Of a DNA stretch of 64,000 nucleotides, positions 37,658 through 50,270 are shown piece after piece (the first letter of the stretch is position 1; the number at the start of each line of letters is the position of its first letter). Source of the DNA: Hypanus sabinus. Taxonomy: Eukaryota. A program made the translations under genes and the position numbers. Location: positions 3,100,001-3,164,000 of the forward strand of contig NC_082734.1 of NCBI RefSeq assembly GCF_030144855.1, in the 5' to 3' direction. The notes beneath the pieces were generated by a model. It saw only the letters and a list, made by a program, of their open reading frames with translations, had not been told where the DNA came from and did no database searches.

Positions 37658-38632
37658 GTGAGGCCTGCAATGGGCTACCGCACCCCATCTTGTAACCCGC
37701 CACCGCTCCCTGCTCCCCACCACAGTCTCATAAAGGGCTGCTGACCTGTCTCATGTGGACCACCACTCCCTGCTCCCTTTCTCTCAAGGGGCTCACAATC
37801 CCAGTCTTGTAATGGGCCACTCGCCCATGAGCATTGTTCCTACTCCTTGTCTTATAACAAGCCGCCAAACCCCACACTTGTTTTGTAATGAGCTGCCATT
37901 CACTGTGTTGAAATAGGCACCTGATTCCAGTCTTGAAATGGTCCACCGATCCCCACCTCATAATGGGGCATCGTTCTCTGTCTCGTAATGTGCCATTGCT
38001 CACCTCCTGTCTTTAAATAGCATCTGATGCTCACCCCTGCTTTGTAATGGGCCATCACTCCCCCATCACATAATGGCCTCCAATTCCCACCCCTCCAGTC
38101 TACTGGGACCCTGACACCCACCCCCATATCATAATGGGTACCTGATCCCCATCCCTGTTTTGTAGCTGGTACTGAATCCCTGTATCCATCTTGTAAGGAG
38201 GAGATGGTTCCTGTCTCATAAGAAGCTGTCACTCCTTTTTCCCTGTCCCGTAATGAGTCCCCAATCCGCACCTCTGTCCTGTAATGGTCACCTGCCTTTC
38301 CCGTCCCCATTTTATAACTATCCCCTGATTTGTACCTTATAATGCTGTTGCTCCCCTCTCCACTCTACATAAATAGAACAGGAGTCGGCCATTTGGCTTG
38401 TTGAGCCTGCTCCGCCATTCAATAAGATCATGGCTGATCTGGCCATGGACTCATCTCCACCTACCTGCCTTTTCCCCATAACCCTTAATTCCCCTACCCT
38501 ATCCCTCTCCCAGCCCTATTTCCATCTCACTACAGGCTATTCCTCCCCCCAATCCCCGACGTAGTGGGGTGCCAATAATATTCTGCCCTCCCGTGCCATG
38601 CGTTGATGTCCTTCCCTGTCCCCACTCCCCAG

Positions 38633-38750
38633 GAAAGCCCAGGAGAGCCAGAAGGAGATGAAGCTGCTGCTGGACATGTACAAGTCGGCCCCCAAGGAGC
38701 AGAGGGACAAGGTGCAGCTGATGGCGGCGGAGAGGAGGGCCAAGGCCGAG
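38633..38750 (+). CDS. RNF40: RNF40 coding exon 13
   Basis: [39 protein letters not shown]|gtaagg. Confidence 0.95.
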
Positions 38751-39248
38751 GTAAGGGGTGGCAATGCTCAGGGGAATGGGGCTTGTGAATAATCCAGCCC
38801 CTTCCCTCCCCCCCCACACCCACCCCACCCCCAAACATTCCCCTGCCTCTTATCCCCAATGTCTCACCCCTCTCATCCCCGTCTTTCCGATTCAGATTTA
38901 TTTATTCATTATGTTCGTCGAACCATACAGTGAATACAGTGCAGTACAACTTATGAATGTGCTGGGGGCAGCCTGCAAGTGACACGACACACCACCATAA
39001 CATGCCCACCATGTTCAGGAGAAGACAAGCCCCTTTCCTCAGTCCCTTGCACCCACCATCAACTCACAGACAGACCTTTAACCCCAGGAGAGGACACGCC
39101 TCTAATCGACTCACTGACACTGGACGCCAACTTCCCTGCTGGGCTCATACACTCAGTCTTTGATGTGCAGACTTCCAGTCACTCTTTTACTCCCCTCTCT
39201 TCTACCTCTCCACATACCTCCCCCCCCCCCCCCGGCCTATCTGTCCAG

Positions 39249-39398
39249 GTAGAGGAGATGAAGGTGAAGGTGAAGGACATGGAGGAGAAGGAACGCAAGG
39301 AGAGTAAGAAGCTGGCGGACGAGGACGCCCTCAAGAAGATCAAGTTTGCCGAGGAGCAGATTGAGCACCTGCAGAAGAAGCTGGCAGCAACAAAACAG
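39249..39398 (+). CDS. RNF40: RNF40 coding exon 14
   Basis: [50 protein letters not shown]|gtgaag. Confidence 0.95.
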
Positions 39399-39569
39399 GT
39401 GAAGATCGGGGGGGTGTGAATGGACAGTTACTGACACCACTGGGGGTGGGTGGGGGTAACTGGTCTGAGAGAGACCTGCACTGAGCTTTTGTGGGTGAGA
39501 GGGGGAAATATCTGCACCATATATGACAGAGCACCTACATCTGACTCCTCCCCCCTCTCCCCGGGACAG

Positions 39570-39782
39570 GAGGAGGAGGCACTTCTCTCGGAGATGGATG
39601 TTACAGGCCAGGCTTTCGAGGACATGCAGGAGCAGAATATCCGGCTGATGCAGCAGCTCCGGGAGAAGGACGACGCCAACTTCAAGCTCATGTCTGAGAG
39701 GATCAAGTCCAACCAGATCCACAAGCTGCTCAAGGAGGAGAAGGATGAGCTGGCTGAGCAGGTGCTGACTCTCAAGACCCAG
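39570..39782 (+). CDS. RNF40: RNF40 coding exon 15 (BRE1 domain)
   Basis: [54 protein letters not shown]...LKTQ|gtacag. Confidence 0.96.
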
Positions 39783-40210
39783 GTACAGACTGTGGAGGGT
39801 AGGGTTGTATAGCCCACCTCCTTCCCCCCCAACAATCTCCCTCTCCACTCTTCCCCCCCATTCTCTCCTCCATTCCCCACACCCTGCTCTCCCCTCTTCC
39901 CATCCACCCTGCTCTGTTCCCTTCTCCACCCACACCCCCATTCACCTCTCCTTTCCGTTCTCCCAATTCCTCATTAGTCCCAGAGGCTGGTGAGAGCGTG
40001 GAATGAGCTGCAGGTGGAAATGGTGGATTGCAACATTTAAGAGAAGTTTGGGTGGGAAGGATATAGAAGAAAGGGTCTGGGCAGAAGACCAGGTTCACAT
40101 GGACTAAGCCTGTTTCTGTGCTGTAGTGTTCTGAGGGGGTGGAGGGCACAGGTTTGCTGAGAGTGGAGCATGACCAGGCATCACCCCACCATCTCCCCTG
40201 TCTCCCACAG

Positions 40211-40336
40211 GTGGATGCCCAGTTATTGGTGGTGCAGAAGTTGGAAGAGAAGGAACGGGTTCTCCAGAGTAACCTCTCTGTGGTGGAAAAGGAGCTCACC
40301 CTGCGGAGCCAAGCTCTCGAACTCAACAAGCGCAAG
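40211..40336 (+). CDS. RNF40: RNF40 coding exon 16
   Basis: [42 protein letters not shown]|gtacct. Confidence 0.95.
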
Positions 40337-40874
40337 GTACCTCACTCCCAGTCACACTATCCTCTTTTACCCCGCCAGGACCAGCACTGGCCACACTGTC
40401 CTCTTGCACACACCTCTCCGTCTGGGACCGGACATCAGACAAGGCGTCCTCTTCCCCCTCTTCTCCTGGACCGGGCATTTCATACACCATCTGCGGTCCC
40501 TCCTCTGGGGCCAAGCATTGGACATACTGTCCTCTCCCACCTCCCATCTGGGACTGGGCATTCGACACAGCGTCCACTCTCCTTCCTGTGGGACTGGGCA
40601 TTGGACACACTGTCCTCTCCCATCTGGGACCGGGTGTCTGAGGTACTGTCTACTCCCCATCCTCTGAGACCAGGCATCTGATCCCCCTCATCTGGAACCG
40701 TGCATTGGACATACTGTCTTCTCCCATCTGGGACCAGGCATTGGACATTCTGTCCACTCCCCCTCCTGTGGGACTGGGCATTGGACACCCTGTCCTCTCC
40801 CCCTCCTGTGGATGCACTATCCTTTCCCGTACCTACCCCCCAGATCTCATCCATTGACCCTTGTTCTCTCTCAG

Positions 40875-41015
40875 GCAGTGGAAGCTGCCCAACTTGCTGA
40901 GGATCTTAAGGTCCAGTTGGAGCACACACAGACCAAGCTGAAGGAGATCCAGGCAGCCATGTCTGACAACCGGTCTGCCAAGGAGAAGGAGTCATTCAAC
41001 CTCAAGCGAGCACAG
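40875..41015 (+). CDS. RNF40: RNF40 coding exon 17
   Basis: [26 protein letters not shown]...[12 protein letters not shown]|gtgagt. Confidence 0.95.
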
Positions 41016-41452
41016 GTGAGTAGCATTCACTCCAAGGGATCAGTTTATTTTCTGTGTAAGCCAATCACACCCCTCTCCTCCCGACCACTGGATTAATTCC
41101 AGTTTGTAACCCATTGCCAGGGACTATTATTCTATACATAAACTGCGCGGAGAAAAAAACAGAACAACAGGGTAGTATGATTAAACATCTTTACTGAGTC
41201 AGTCAGTAATGGTACACACAGCTCATTTCACAGTGTGGAAGCAGCAAGCTGGGCCTGCCAAGATGAAAGATGTGCACTTGAAAGCCCACACACAAAAGGT
41301 AGTGCCTCCCACACAGATTTGCCAAGCAATCAAATGGCCATTTGTGCACTCACCACATTCTCACATTTGATCTGATACAGTACATAAAACCACCCAACTC
41401 CCTAATTAGATCCCACAGAACACGTGTAACATTCCCGTTTCCTGTTTGTCAG

Positions 41453-41554
41453 GAGGACCTGTCCAGACTTCGCCGGAAACTGGAGAAACAGAAGAAGGTG
41501 GAGGTTTTCTCAGATGCTGATGAGATCCTGATGGAGGAGATTAAGGAATACAAG
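41453..41554 (+). CDS. RNF40: RNF40 coding exon 18
   Basis: EDLSRLRRKLEKQKKVEVFSDADEILMEEIKEYK|gtgaga. Confidence 0.95.
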
Positions 41555-42191
41555 GTGAGAGAGCCGGAATCTCAGTGTGGCGTGGTATCCCAGTAACCGA
41601 GTATGTGTTACCATGGGGACCGCCTGCACCCCAGTAACTGAGAGCGTCTTAGGAAATCACCGGTAACGGGTTTTTTAGACATCAGAATCGCCTTTTACCT
41701 GGGTAATGGAGGGTTTCCCACATTTGCCTGTATACCCTGTTAATGGAGAATGTCAGACCTGAGGACTGCCTGCACCCTCATAATAGTGTCCCTGGGATCA
41801 TGTGCACCCCACATAAAGGGAACATGTACCCCAGTAATGGAGAGTTGCCCAAAATCACCTGTATATCCCGTTAACAGATGGTGTTGGACCCTGGGGACTG
41901 TCTCCACTCTAGTAACAGAGTGTATCTGAGGATCACTTGAACCCTGGTAACAGAGGGGGTCCTGTGATTGCCTGTATGCAGTACTGATAGGCATCAGACC
42001 TTGGGAACCACCTGTAGCCCGGTGACAGAATGTCAGACCACTGGGATCTCCTGTAGTCCAATAGTGGAGGGTTTCCAAAGTTTGCCTGCCCCCAGTAATA
42101 GAGGATGCCCTGGGATCACCTGTACCCCAGTAACAGGGTGTCAGACCTCCCCCCCCCTCATTAACCCTCTTTCTCCCCCTCCTTCCACCAG

Positions 42192-42368
42192 GCCAAACTG
42201 ACCTGTCCATGCTGCAACACACGGAAGAAGGACGCCGTGCTGACCAAGTGCTTCCATGTCTTCTGTTTTGAGTGTGTCAAGACCCGGTATGACACCCGGC
42301 AGCGCAAGTGCCCCAAGTGTAATGCTGCCTTCGGCGCAAACGACTTCCACCGAATCTACATCAGCTGA
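42192..42368 (+). CDS. RNF40: RNF40 last coding exon, C3HC4 RING finger
   Basis: [58 protein letters not shown]; the 19 exons sum to 3099 nt, 1032 aa. Confidence 0.96.
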   Translation, partial: AKLTCPCCNTRKKDAVLTKCFHVFCFECVKTRYDTRQRKCPKCNAAFGANDFHRIYIS

Positions 42369-43522
42369 GGAGTGTTGGGGACAGTCCTCTCCACCCACCC
42401 TCCTTTGCGATTAGGCCTCTACCCTCTCTACCACACCTTTCCCTGCCCTAGGGCCATCCTCCCTGAAACCTCCCCCTCCCTACCAACTACACTTCATCCC
42501 TGAAACCTTCCCAAGCTGTAACAAACCCCCATCAATACTGAAACTTCCATGCCACACCCTCTCCGACCCTGAAACCTTCCTACTCTGTACCAGCCCCTTT
42601 CTAACTTTGGGGCCTTTCACCCTGCACCAACCCCTCTCTAACCCTGAAACCTCTGTACCATACTTCTGCAAGCTTGAAATCTTTCCCTTTGTACCAACCC
42701 CTCTTTGACCCTGGGTCTCACACCCCTCCATACTAGCACCTCTTCAACCACCCCCTCCAAACCTGAGCCCTTGTATCATACTCTCTCCAGCTGTGAAACC
42801 TCTGTATCACACCCATGTCCTCTGACCTTGAATCCTTCCCCTCTGTAACACAGGCTTTCCAGCCCCTTAACCCATCCCCACTGTAATACCCCTTTCCATT
42901 CCTGTGACCATTTTGGTGTGGCTGACAAGAGTCCATTTTTGGGTGGGGCTACAAGGCTGGGTTATCTTCTTGTGTGAGGCAGAGGTGGAGATGGAACAGT
43001 GGGACAGTGACAGTTCCAGGCCGTGCCAAGTGAAGGTTGTTAGCCTCGGCCATTGCCCACACTGCCACAAATTCCCCAAGCAGGAGTTGTCAACCTCCTG
43101 CCTTGGTCCTGGACTGATACTTCATGGGGCAGTGCTTGAGGTTGGCAGCTTTTTTACTCTGTGCTTCGTGTTTTAATTGACAGACAGCCATTTTGAGGAG
43201 GGGCAATGGTGACAGTCTATTTGGGCAAAGCATTGGTGTCCATTCTAGGTAGACATAGGGCTGAGGCAGACATTTTGGGTGAAGCAGTGGCAGTCAGTAT
43301 AGGTAGGACTGTGGATATTTTGGGCAAGGCAACGTTGTCCATTTTGGGCGGGGCATGGCGGCCTGTGTGGCATCGAGCTTTGGCCCCAGCCTGAGAGAAT
43401 CCCTGTAAAAGTCATACCTTTCGGCAGCGGAATTTTGTTTTTTAATTTATTATTTTCCTGCGGAGGATTGGCGAAGGTGATGCGTGTTTGGTCTCTGACG
43501 TTTTGCCTTCTGTTCCTTCCTC

Positions 43523-43528
43523 AATAAA
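43523..43528 (+). terminator. Probable RNF40 poly(A) signal
   Basis: AATAAA about 1.15 kb after the stop, followed by GT/T-rich sequence. Confidence 0.65.
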
Positions 43529-45771
43529 TGCGAAGCTGCCACCTGGTGTTCTTGCTTGGTTACCTTTTAGCCTGTTGCATATGTGCTGTCAGCACTTTAC
43601 TGACACAGAATAGGAATGGGCAGTCCGGCCCCTCGAGTGTATGCTGACCCATCAGCCCACCACTGACACAGAACACAGAGTGGTATAGATCACAATGTTG
43701 GTATCAAAGATGATATCAAACTAAATCCTTTCTATCTGCACAATGACAATATAACTTACATTCCCTGCACATTCATGTGTCTGTCTTAACAGCATCTTAG
43801 GTGCCTCCATTGCATCTGCCTCCCACCGCCACACTTGGCAGAAGATTCCAGGCACCCACTACTCTCCATGTAACAATAATTTGCTCCATGCATCTCCTTT
43901 AAACTTACCCCCATATCACAGTAAATGCATGCTCTATGGAATCAGACATTTTCACCCTGGGCTAAAAGATAGTGACTTTCTACTCTATACCTCTCATAAT
44001 CTTGTAAACTTCTATCAGGTCTCTCCTTAGCCTCCACTGCTCCAGAGAAACAACCCAACTTCATCCAACCTCTCCTCCGCTGCCTCCAATAGAGGCAGCA
44101 GGCTGCTGTGCCATTTCTACAAAGCCCCCACACCCTTTCTGTAACAGGGCAACCAGAACTGAATGCAATTTTTCAAGTACACTCGGCCTTTACACTTAAC
44201 GTCCTGATCGATGAAGGCAAGCGTACCGTACACCTTTTTTTACTGCCCTGTCTTAATTCAGAGAGCGACAGACTTGGACCTAAGGTTCCTCTGTATATCA
44301 ACACAATTAAGGGTCCTACCGTTAACAGTTAATGGTCTTGTCCCTTTATATTTGACATCCCAAAGGGCAACATCTCACATTTGCCTGGATAAAACTCCAT
44401 CTGTCGTTTCTATGTCTGTATCTGCAACTGATCTATATCCTGCTGAATCATTTGAAAACTTTGTACACTGTCGACAACACCACCAACCAGTGCGTCACAG
44501 ATCTCATTACATTCTCCCCACGCTCCTAACCCCCACCCAATTCTTAACGACACGATGAGGGCAGATTAACCCATTGAGCCCACACGCGATGATGTGCTTC
44601 AGAAAACAGGACTATACACAGAGAGACTGGGAGAACATTGAAACTCCATGCATGCTAAACCACATGACCTGGCTGCTCCTTTCCTAATGCTGCTGCTGGG
44701 CGGAGGGGGGCTAACACTAAACAGAAACTGATTGGGCAGCTTAAGGCCTGTCCTCACAGCTACAGCACAGGGGCATGAAGGTACACACCCCACTTCCCTG
44801 ACATCTGCACATTACCTGTCCCCACCTACAGGTCAGGGGTGTGACAGTACATGCCCATCCCACTCCCATCCGCTTTCCACAGCCTGCCTTCTCAGCTCAC
44901 CCTTCGACCCTTTCTCTCTGTGCTAGCTCTCCCAACGATGTACTGATGGGCTTCTTCAAGGGGCGGGAGTGGGACTTGCCAGAATCCATACATTACAGGC
45001 AGAGGTCAAGATCGCACTCTGCTCTTTGAGGACGCAGGAAAGGTGTGGAACGAGGCAGCAATGGGGATCTTCAATGAGAAGCAGGGGAGTGCAAAACACT
45101 CAGCATATTGGGCAGTACCCACAGAGAAAAGAGAGACATGCCTTCAGAGCTGAGTTGTAGAGGGGCTGGACAATTCATCTGCACGGGTGCAAAGAAAAAC
45201 TTACTTTCAGCTGTGTCACAGGCACATCGCGTTGGATAAGCAGCTTTCTCAAGAAAACCATAAAAATTATCTGCAGTTTTTCCAAGAAAGGACACACTTG
45301 GAGCAAAACAAATTACATTTTACTGCGAAGTAATCAGGTAAATTGTTTTGTTGTCACATGTACAAAGATACAGTGAAAAACATCTCTTGCACACCATTTT
45401 TACAGATCAATGATTACAATAATGCATTAAGGTAGTACAAAGTCAAACGAAAGGATGCAGAATAAAGTGTTACAGTTGCCAGGAAACTGCTATGCAGCCA
45501 GACAATACGATGAAAGATCTCGAGGTAGACTGTGGTCAAAAGTCTATTTTATCGGACTGGGGGCTGGTCAATAGTCACACAACAGCTGGAAGAAGCTGTC
45601 CTGGAGCCTGGTGCTACGTAATTTCAGATTATTGTATCTTCCTCCTGATGGGAGAAGAGTCCATGCTGGGAGAGGTCTGTGTTGTTTCCTTTACCAAGGT
45701 AGACAGGATCAATAGAGGAGGGGGGGCCAGTTTATGTGATGAGCATGTACACATCTCTGAGGTTTCTTGCA

Positions 45772-48700
45772 ATCATAAGAACATAAGAGGAGCAGGAGTG
45801 GGCCAATTGGCCCCTCAAACCTGCTCCGCCATTCAACAAGATCATGGCTGATCCAATCTTAACTCTAGTTTTCACCGAATCCCACAAGGCAACAGTGCCA
45901 ACCAACAGGGCACCATGCTGCCCATTTTATTATTCATCCCGCCCAAACCCATGTGATCACCCAGGGAAAAAAAAACGATTTGCCAATTGAGGAGAAAAAA
46001 TCTGGAAAATTCCTCTCCGATCCATCCAGGCTATCGAAAACTAGTCCAGAAGATCACATGGCTGATCTAAACCTAGCCTCTTGTCCACTTACCTGCTCAC
46101 TCACCGTATCCCCTAATGCCATTTTTATCCAGGAAAATGTCTATCTCCGTTTTGAATTTATTGAGTGTAGTAGCTTCCACAGCTCTCTGGGGCAGTAAAA
46201 TTCCACAGCCCCACTACCCTCTGAATGAAGAAATTTCTCCTCATCTCAGTCCTGGAACAGCATCCCCTTATTTTAAGATTATGCCCCCTAGTCCTAGTTT
46301 CACCCATCATTGGGAACATTCTCCCCGCATCCACCCGATCAAGCCCCTTCACAATCTTATATGTTTCAATAAGATCGCCTCTCATTCTTCGGAACTCCAA
46401 TGAGTAGAGTCCCAATCTACTCAACCTCTCATCATACATCAACCCACCCATCCCCATAATTAACCTAGTGAACCTTCTCTGCACTGCCTCGAGAGCCAGT
46501 ATGTCCTTTCTTAAATATGGATACCAGAACTGCACGCAGTACTCCAGGTGTGGTCTCACCAATACCCGATACAACTGCAGTAAGACCTCCCTGTTCTTAT
46601 ACTCCATCCCCCTAGCAATAAAAGCCAGCATTCCATTGACCTTCTTGACCACCTGCTGCACTTGCATACTAACTTTTTGTGTTTTCTGCACCAGGACCCC
46701 CAGATCCCTTTGCACAGAAGCACTTTCCAGTTTCTCTCCATTTAGATAATAACTTGCTCTATTATTTTTCCTGCCAAAGTGCAAGACCTCACTCTTGTCA
46801 GTATTATATTTCATCTGCCAATTGTCTGCCCAATCACTCAGCCTATCTATGTCCCCCTGCAGGGTTTCAATGTCCTCCGCACTCATTACACTCTCTCCCA
46901 TCTTTGTGTCATCAGCAAACTTAGATACGTTGCACTTAGTCCCTTTCTCCAAATCATTAATATAGATTGTAAAGAGTTGGGGTCCCAACACCGACCCCTG
47001 CGGAACACCACTAGTCACCAACTGCCAGTCTGAGAATAAACCATTTATCCCAACTCTCTGTTTTCTGTTAGAAAGCCAGCCCTCCACCCATGCCAGAATA
47101 TTATCCCCAATCCCATGATTTTTTACTTTAAGTAATAATCTTTGGTGTGGCACCTTGTCAAATGCCCTTTGGAAGTCCAAATACACCACATCCACTGGTT
47201 CCCCTTTATCTACCCTATATGTTATGTCCTCAAAGAACTCCAACAAATTTGTCAAACATGACTTCCCTTTTGTAAAGCCATGCTGACTTTGTCCTATTAA
47301 GCTATGTTTATCCAAATGCCCTATTACTGTTTCCTTAATTATCGATTCCAACATTTTGCCAACCACAGATGTTAGGCTAACTGGCCTATAATTCCCAGCC
47401 TTCTGTCTATTGCCCTTTTTAAATAAAGGAGTTACATTAGCATTTTTCCAATCTGCCAGGACCATTGCCGAGTCCAGCGAGTTTTGAAAATTTATCACTA
47501 ATGCATCCACAATCCCGACCGCCACTTCCCTTAAGACCCTAGGATGCAAGCCATCCGGTCCAGGGGATTTATCCACCTTCAGTCCCATTAATTTATCAAG
47601 TACCATTTCTTTAGTGATTTGAATCGTAGTTAGCTTCTCTCCCCCTAGAGGCCCCTGTTTATCCAGTGTTGGGATATTTTGAGTGTCCTCTACTGTAAAA
47701 ACTGATACAAAATATTTGTTCAGCGTTTCCGTCATCTCCATGTCCCCTACCATTAATTTCCCGGTCTCATCTTCTAGGGGACCAACAATTACTTTAGCCA
47801 CCCTTTTTCTTTTTATGTAACTATAAAAACTCTTACTATCTGCTTTTATGTTTTTCGCCAATTTACTTTCATAATCTTATCTTCCCCTTCTTAATCAATC
47901 TTTTTGTTATTTGCTGCTGATCTTTAAAAGCTTCTCGATCTTCAATCTTCCCACTAGATTTAGCTACCTTATATAACTTTCTTTTTAGTCGTATACTTCG
48001 CTTTATTTCTTTACTTAGCCACGGATAACTATTTTTTCTTTTACACCCTTTTTTCTTCAGTGGAATATATTTTTCTTGATAGTTGTAAAATAACTCCTTA
48101 AATATACACCACTGTTCAAGTACCGATCTACCCTTTAATCTATTTTCCCAATCCATCTTAAGCAATTCCGCTCTCATACCATCATAGTCTCCTTTATTTA
48201 AGCTCAGTACACCTGTTTGAGATCCAACCCTCTCATCCTCTAATTGAATATGGAATTCGACCATGTTATGGTCACTCATTCCAAGGGGATCCTTTACTAG
48301 GACATTTTTTATTAGTCCTGTCTCATTACACAGGACCAGATCTAAGACTGCTTGCCCCCTTGTCGGCTCAGTAACGTTCAAGGAACCCATCCCGAATACA
48401 CTCAATAAACTCTTCTTCAAGGCTGCCGTGTCCGACTTGATTAGTCCAGTCAATATGAAAGTTAAAATCCCCCATAATTATAGCTGTTCCCTTATTACAA
48501 GCCCCAACTATTTCCTGATTTATGCTCTGACCAACTGAGTTACAGCTGTTTGGAGGCCTATAGACGACTCCCACCACTGCTTTTTTCCCTTTACTATTTC
48601 TTATTTCTACCCAAATTGTTTCGTTATCCTCATCCTTTGAGCCAATATCATTCCGCTTTATTGCAGTGGTTTCTTGCTTTATTAACATAGCCACCCCACC

Positions 48701-50270
48701 ACCTTTTCCTTCTTGCCTGTCTCTCCTAATTGTCAAATACCTTTGTATGTTTAATTCCCAGTCCTGGTCACCCTGCAGCCATGTTTCCGTAATTGCCACA
48801 ATATCATAACCATACGTAATTATTTGCACCGTCAACTCATCAATTTTATTCCTAATACTACGTGCATTCAAGTAAAGGACTTTCAAATATGTTTGACACT
48901 TATATCCTACCTTTTCCTTTTGTACAACTTTACACTTACCTCCGTACATTCTTTCCCCTCCTGACACACTCTGAGTTTTTATTCCTCCACTTTTACCTAC
49001 ATTCATTACCTTCTCCATTGTCTTTTTAATTATTTGCTCTCTAGAATCCTCCCCCCCACTAGTTAGTTTAAAGACCTCTCTGCAGCCCTAGTTATATGAT
49101 TCGCCAGGACACTATCCCCAGCCTGGTTCAGTTGAAGCCCGTCCCTCCGGAACAGTTCTCCCCTGCCCCAGAACTGGTGCCAGTGTCCCAAGAAGCAAAA
49201 CCCACTTCTCCCACACCAGTCTTTGAGCCACGTGTTTAACTCCCTAATTTTTTTAACCTAGCCAAATTTGCTCGTGGCTCAGGTAATAATCCAGAGATTA
49301 TTACCCTTGAGGTTCTGTTTTTTAATTTGACCCCTAGCTGCTCATATTCCTGTAACAGAACCTTCTTCCTTGTCCTATCTATGTCATTAGTACCGACATG
49401 TACTAAGACAACTGGATCCTCGCCCTCCCACTGCAAGTTTCTCTCCAGCCCGGAAGAGATGTCCTTAACCCTGGCACCAGGCAGGCAACATAGCCTTCGG
49501 GACTCTCGCTCTCGGTTGCCGAGAACCCTATCTATCCCCCTGACGATACTGTCCCCTATTACTACAACATTTCTATTGACTCCCCCCTCTGGAATGGCCC
49601 CCCACTCCATGGTGCTATGGGCAGGTTGCTCATCCTCCCCACAGTCCCCGCTCCTGCCCTCACAGGGAGTTAAAGCCTCGAATCTGTTGGACAAGAGCAA
49701 GGCCTGCATCTCCTCCAGCCCTACCTCCTGGATTCCCCTACTTTCCTCACTCATAGCCACACCATCCTGTGCTTGATTGCAATCTACATTAGTTAATCTA
49801 TTAGGTGTGGCTATCTCCTGGTACACAGAGTCCAGGTAGCTCTCCCCCTCCCTGATGTGTCGCAGTGTCTGAAGCTCGGACTGCAGCTCATCGATGTGAA
49901 GCTGGAGTTCCTCGAGCAACAAACACTTGCTGCAAATGTAGTCGCCGTGTCCCTCAATGGGGTCTACCGGTTCCCACATCTCGCAGCAGTAACACATCAC
50001 CTGCTCCATGCTATATAGTTAATTTAATGTACTAATATTAATTATGCAAGAACCCCTTGCCCCAATACAGCTAACTATCACACTATTTAACAATACTTTT
50101 AAAGTTATAAGTGTAAAAGGAAGCAGGACTACTTACCAAGCAACTAGCTGTGAGAGCTCTGCAGCTCCGGTCTTCCTCGCCTCACCCGGTTCCGCCGAAG
50201 CCCGTTGAGCCAAAGCCCTTAGGTCTCCACTCTACTCCCAGCTCACTCCACTGCCCACAATGACGTATGG
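45772..50270 (-). mobile_element. Near full-length CR1 LINE: ORF1 (50009-49236; Cys motif, coiled coil, SGNH esterase) and ORF2 (APE endonuclease + RT, about 49018-46158, broken by a deletion and frameshifts)
   Basis: ORF1 CYCC...CSKC, VVVIGDSIVR, VHVGTND; ORF2 YLNARSIRNK, AITETWL, YRPPN, MGDFN, KSPGPDG, GVPQGSVLGP, FADD; short TTCTTATG-type tail. Confidence 0.95.

Noticed and set aside
37148-37723. RS-repeat (SR-protein-like) ORF on the minus strand
   Set aside because: Antisense shadow of the RD/RE repeat in the RNF40 exon; no RRM or splice structure.
17779-42368. Assignment as RNF20
   Set aside because: N-terminal [14 protein letters not shown]-terminal IYIS and adjacency to CFAP119/PHKG2 indicate RNF40.
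46158-47861. Active or domesticated reverse transcriptase gene (567 aa)
   Set aside because: Part of CR1 ORF2, separated from the endonuclease by a deletion and frameshift and frameshifted at its C-terminus.
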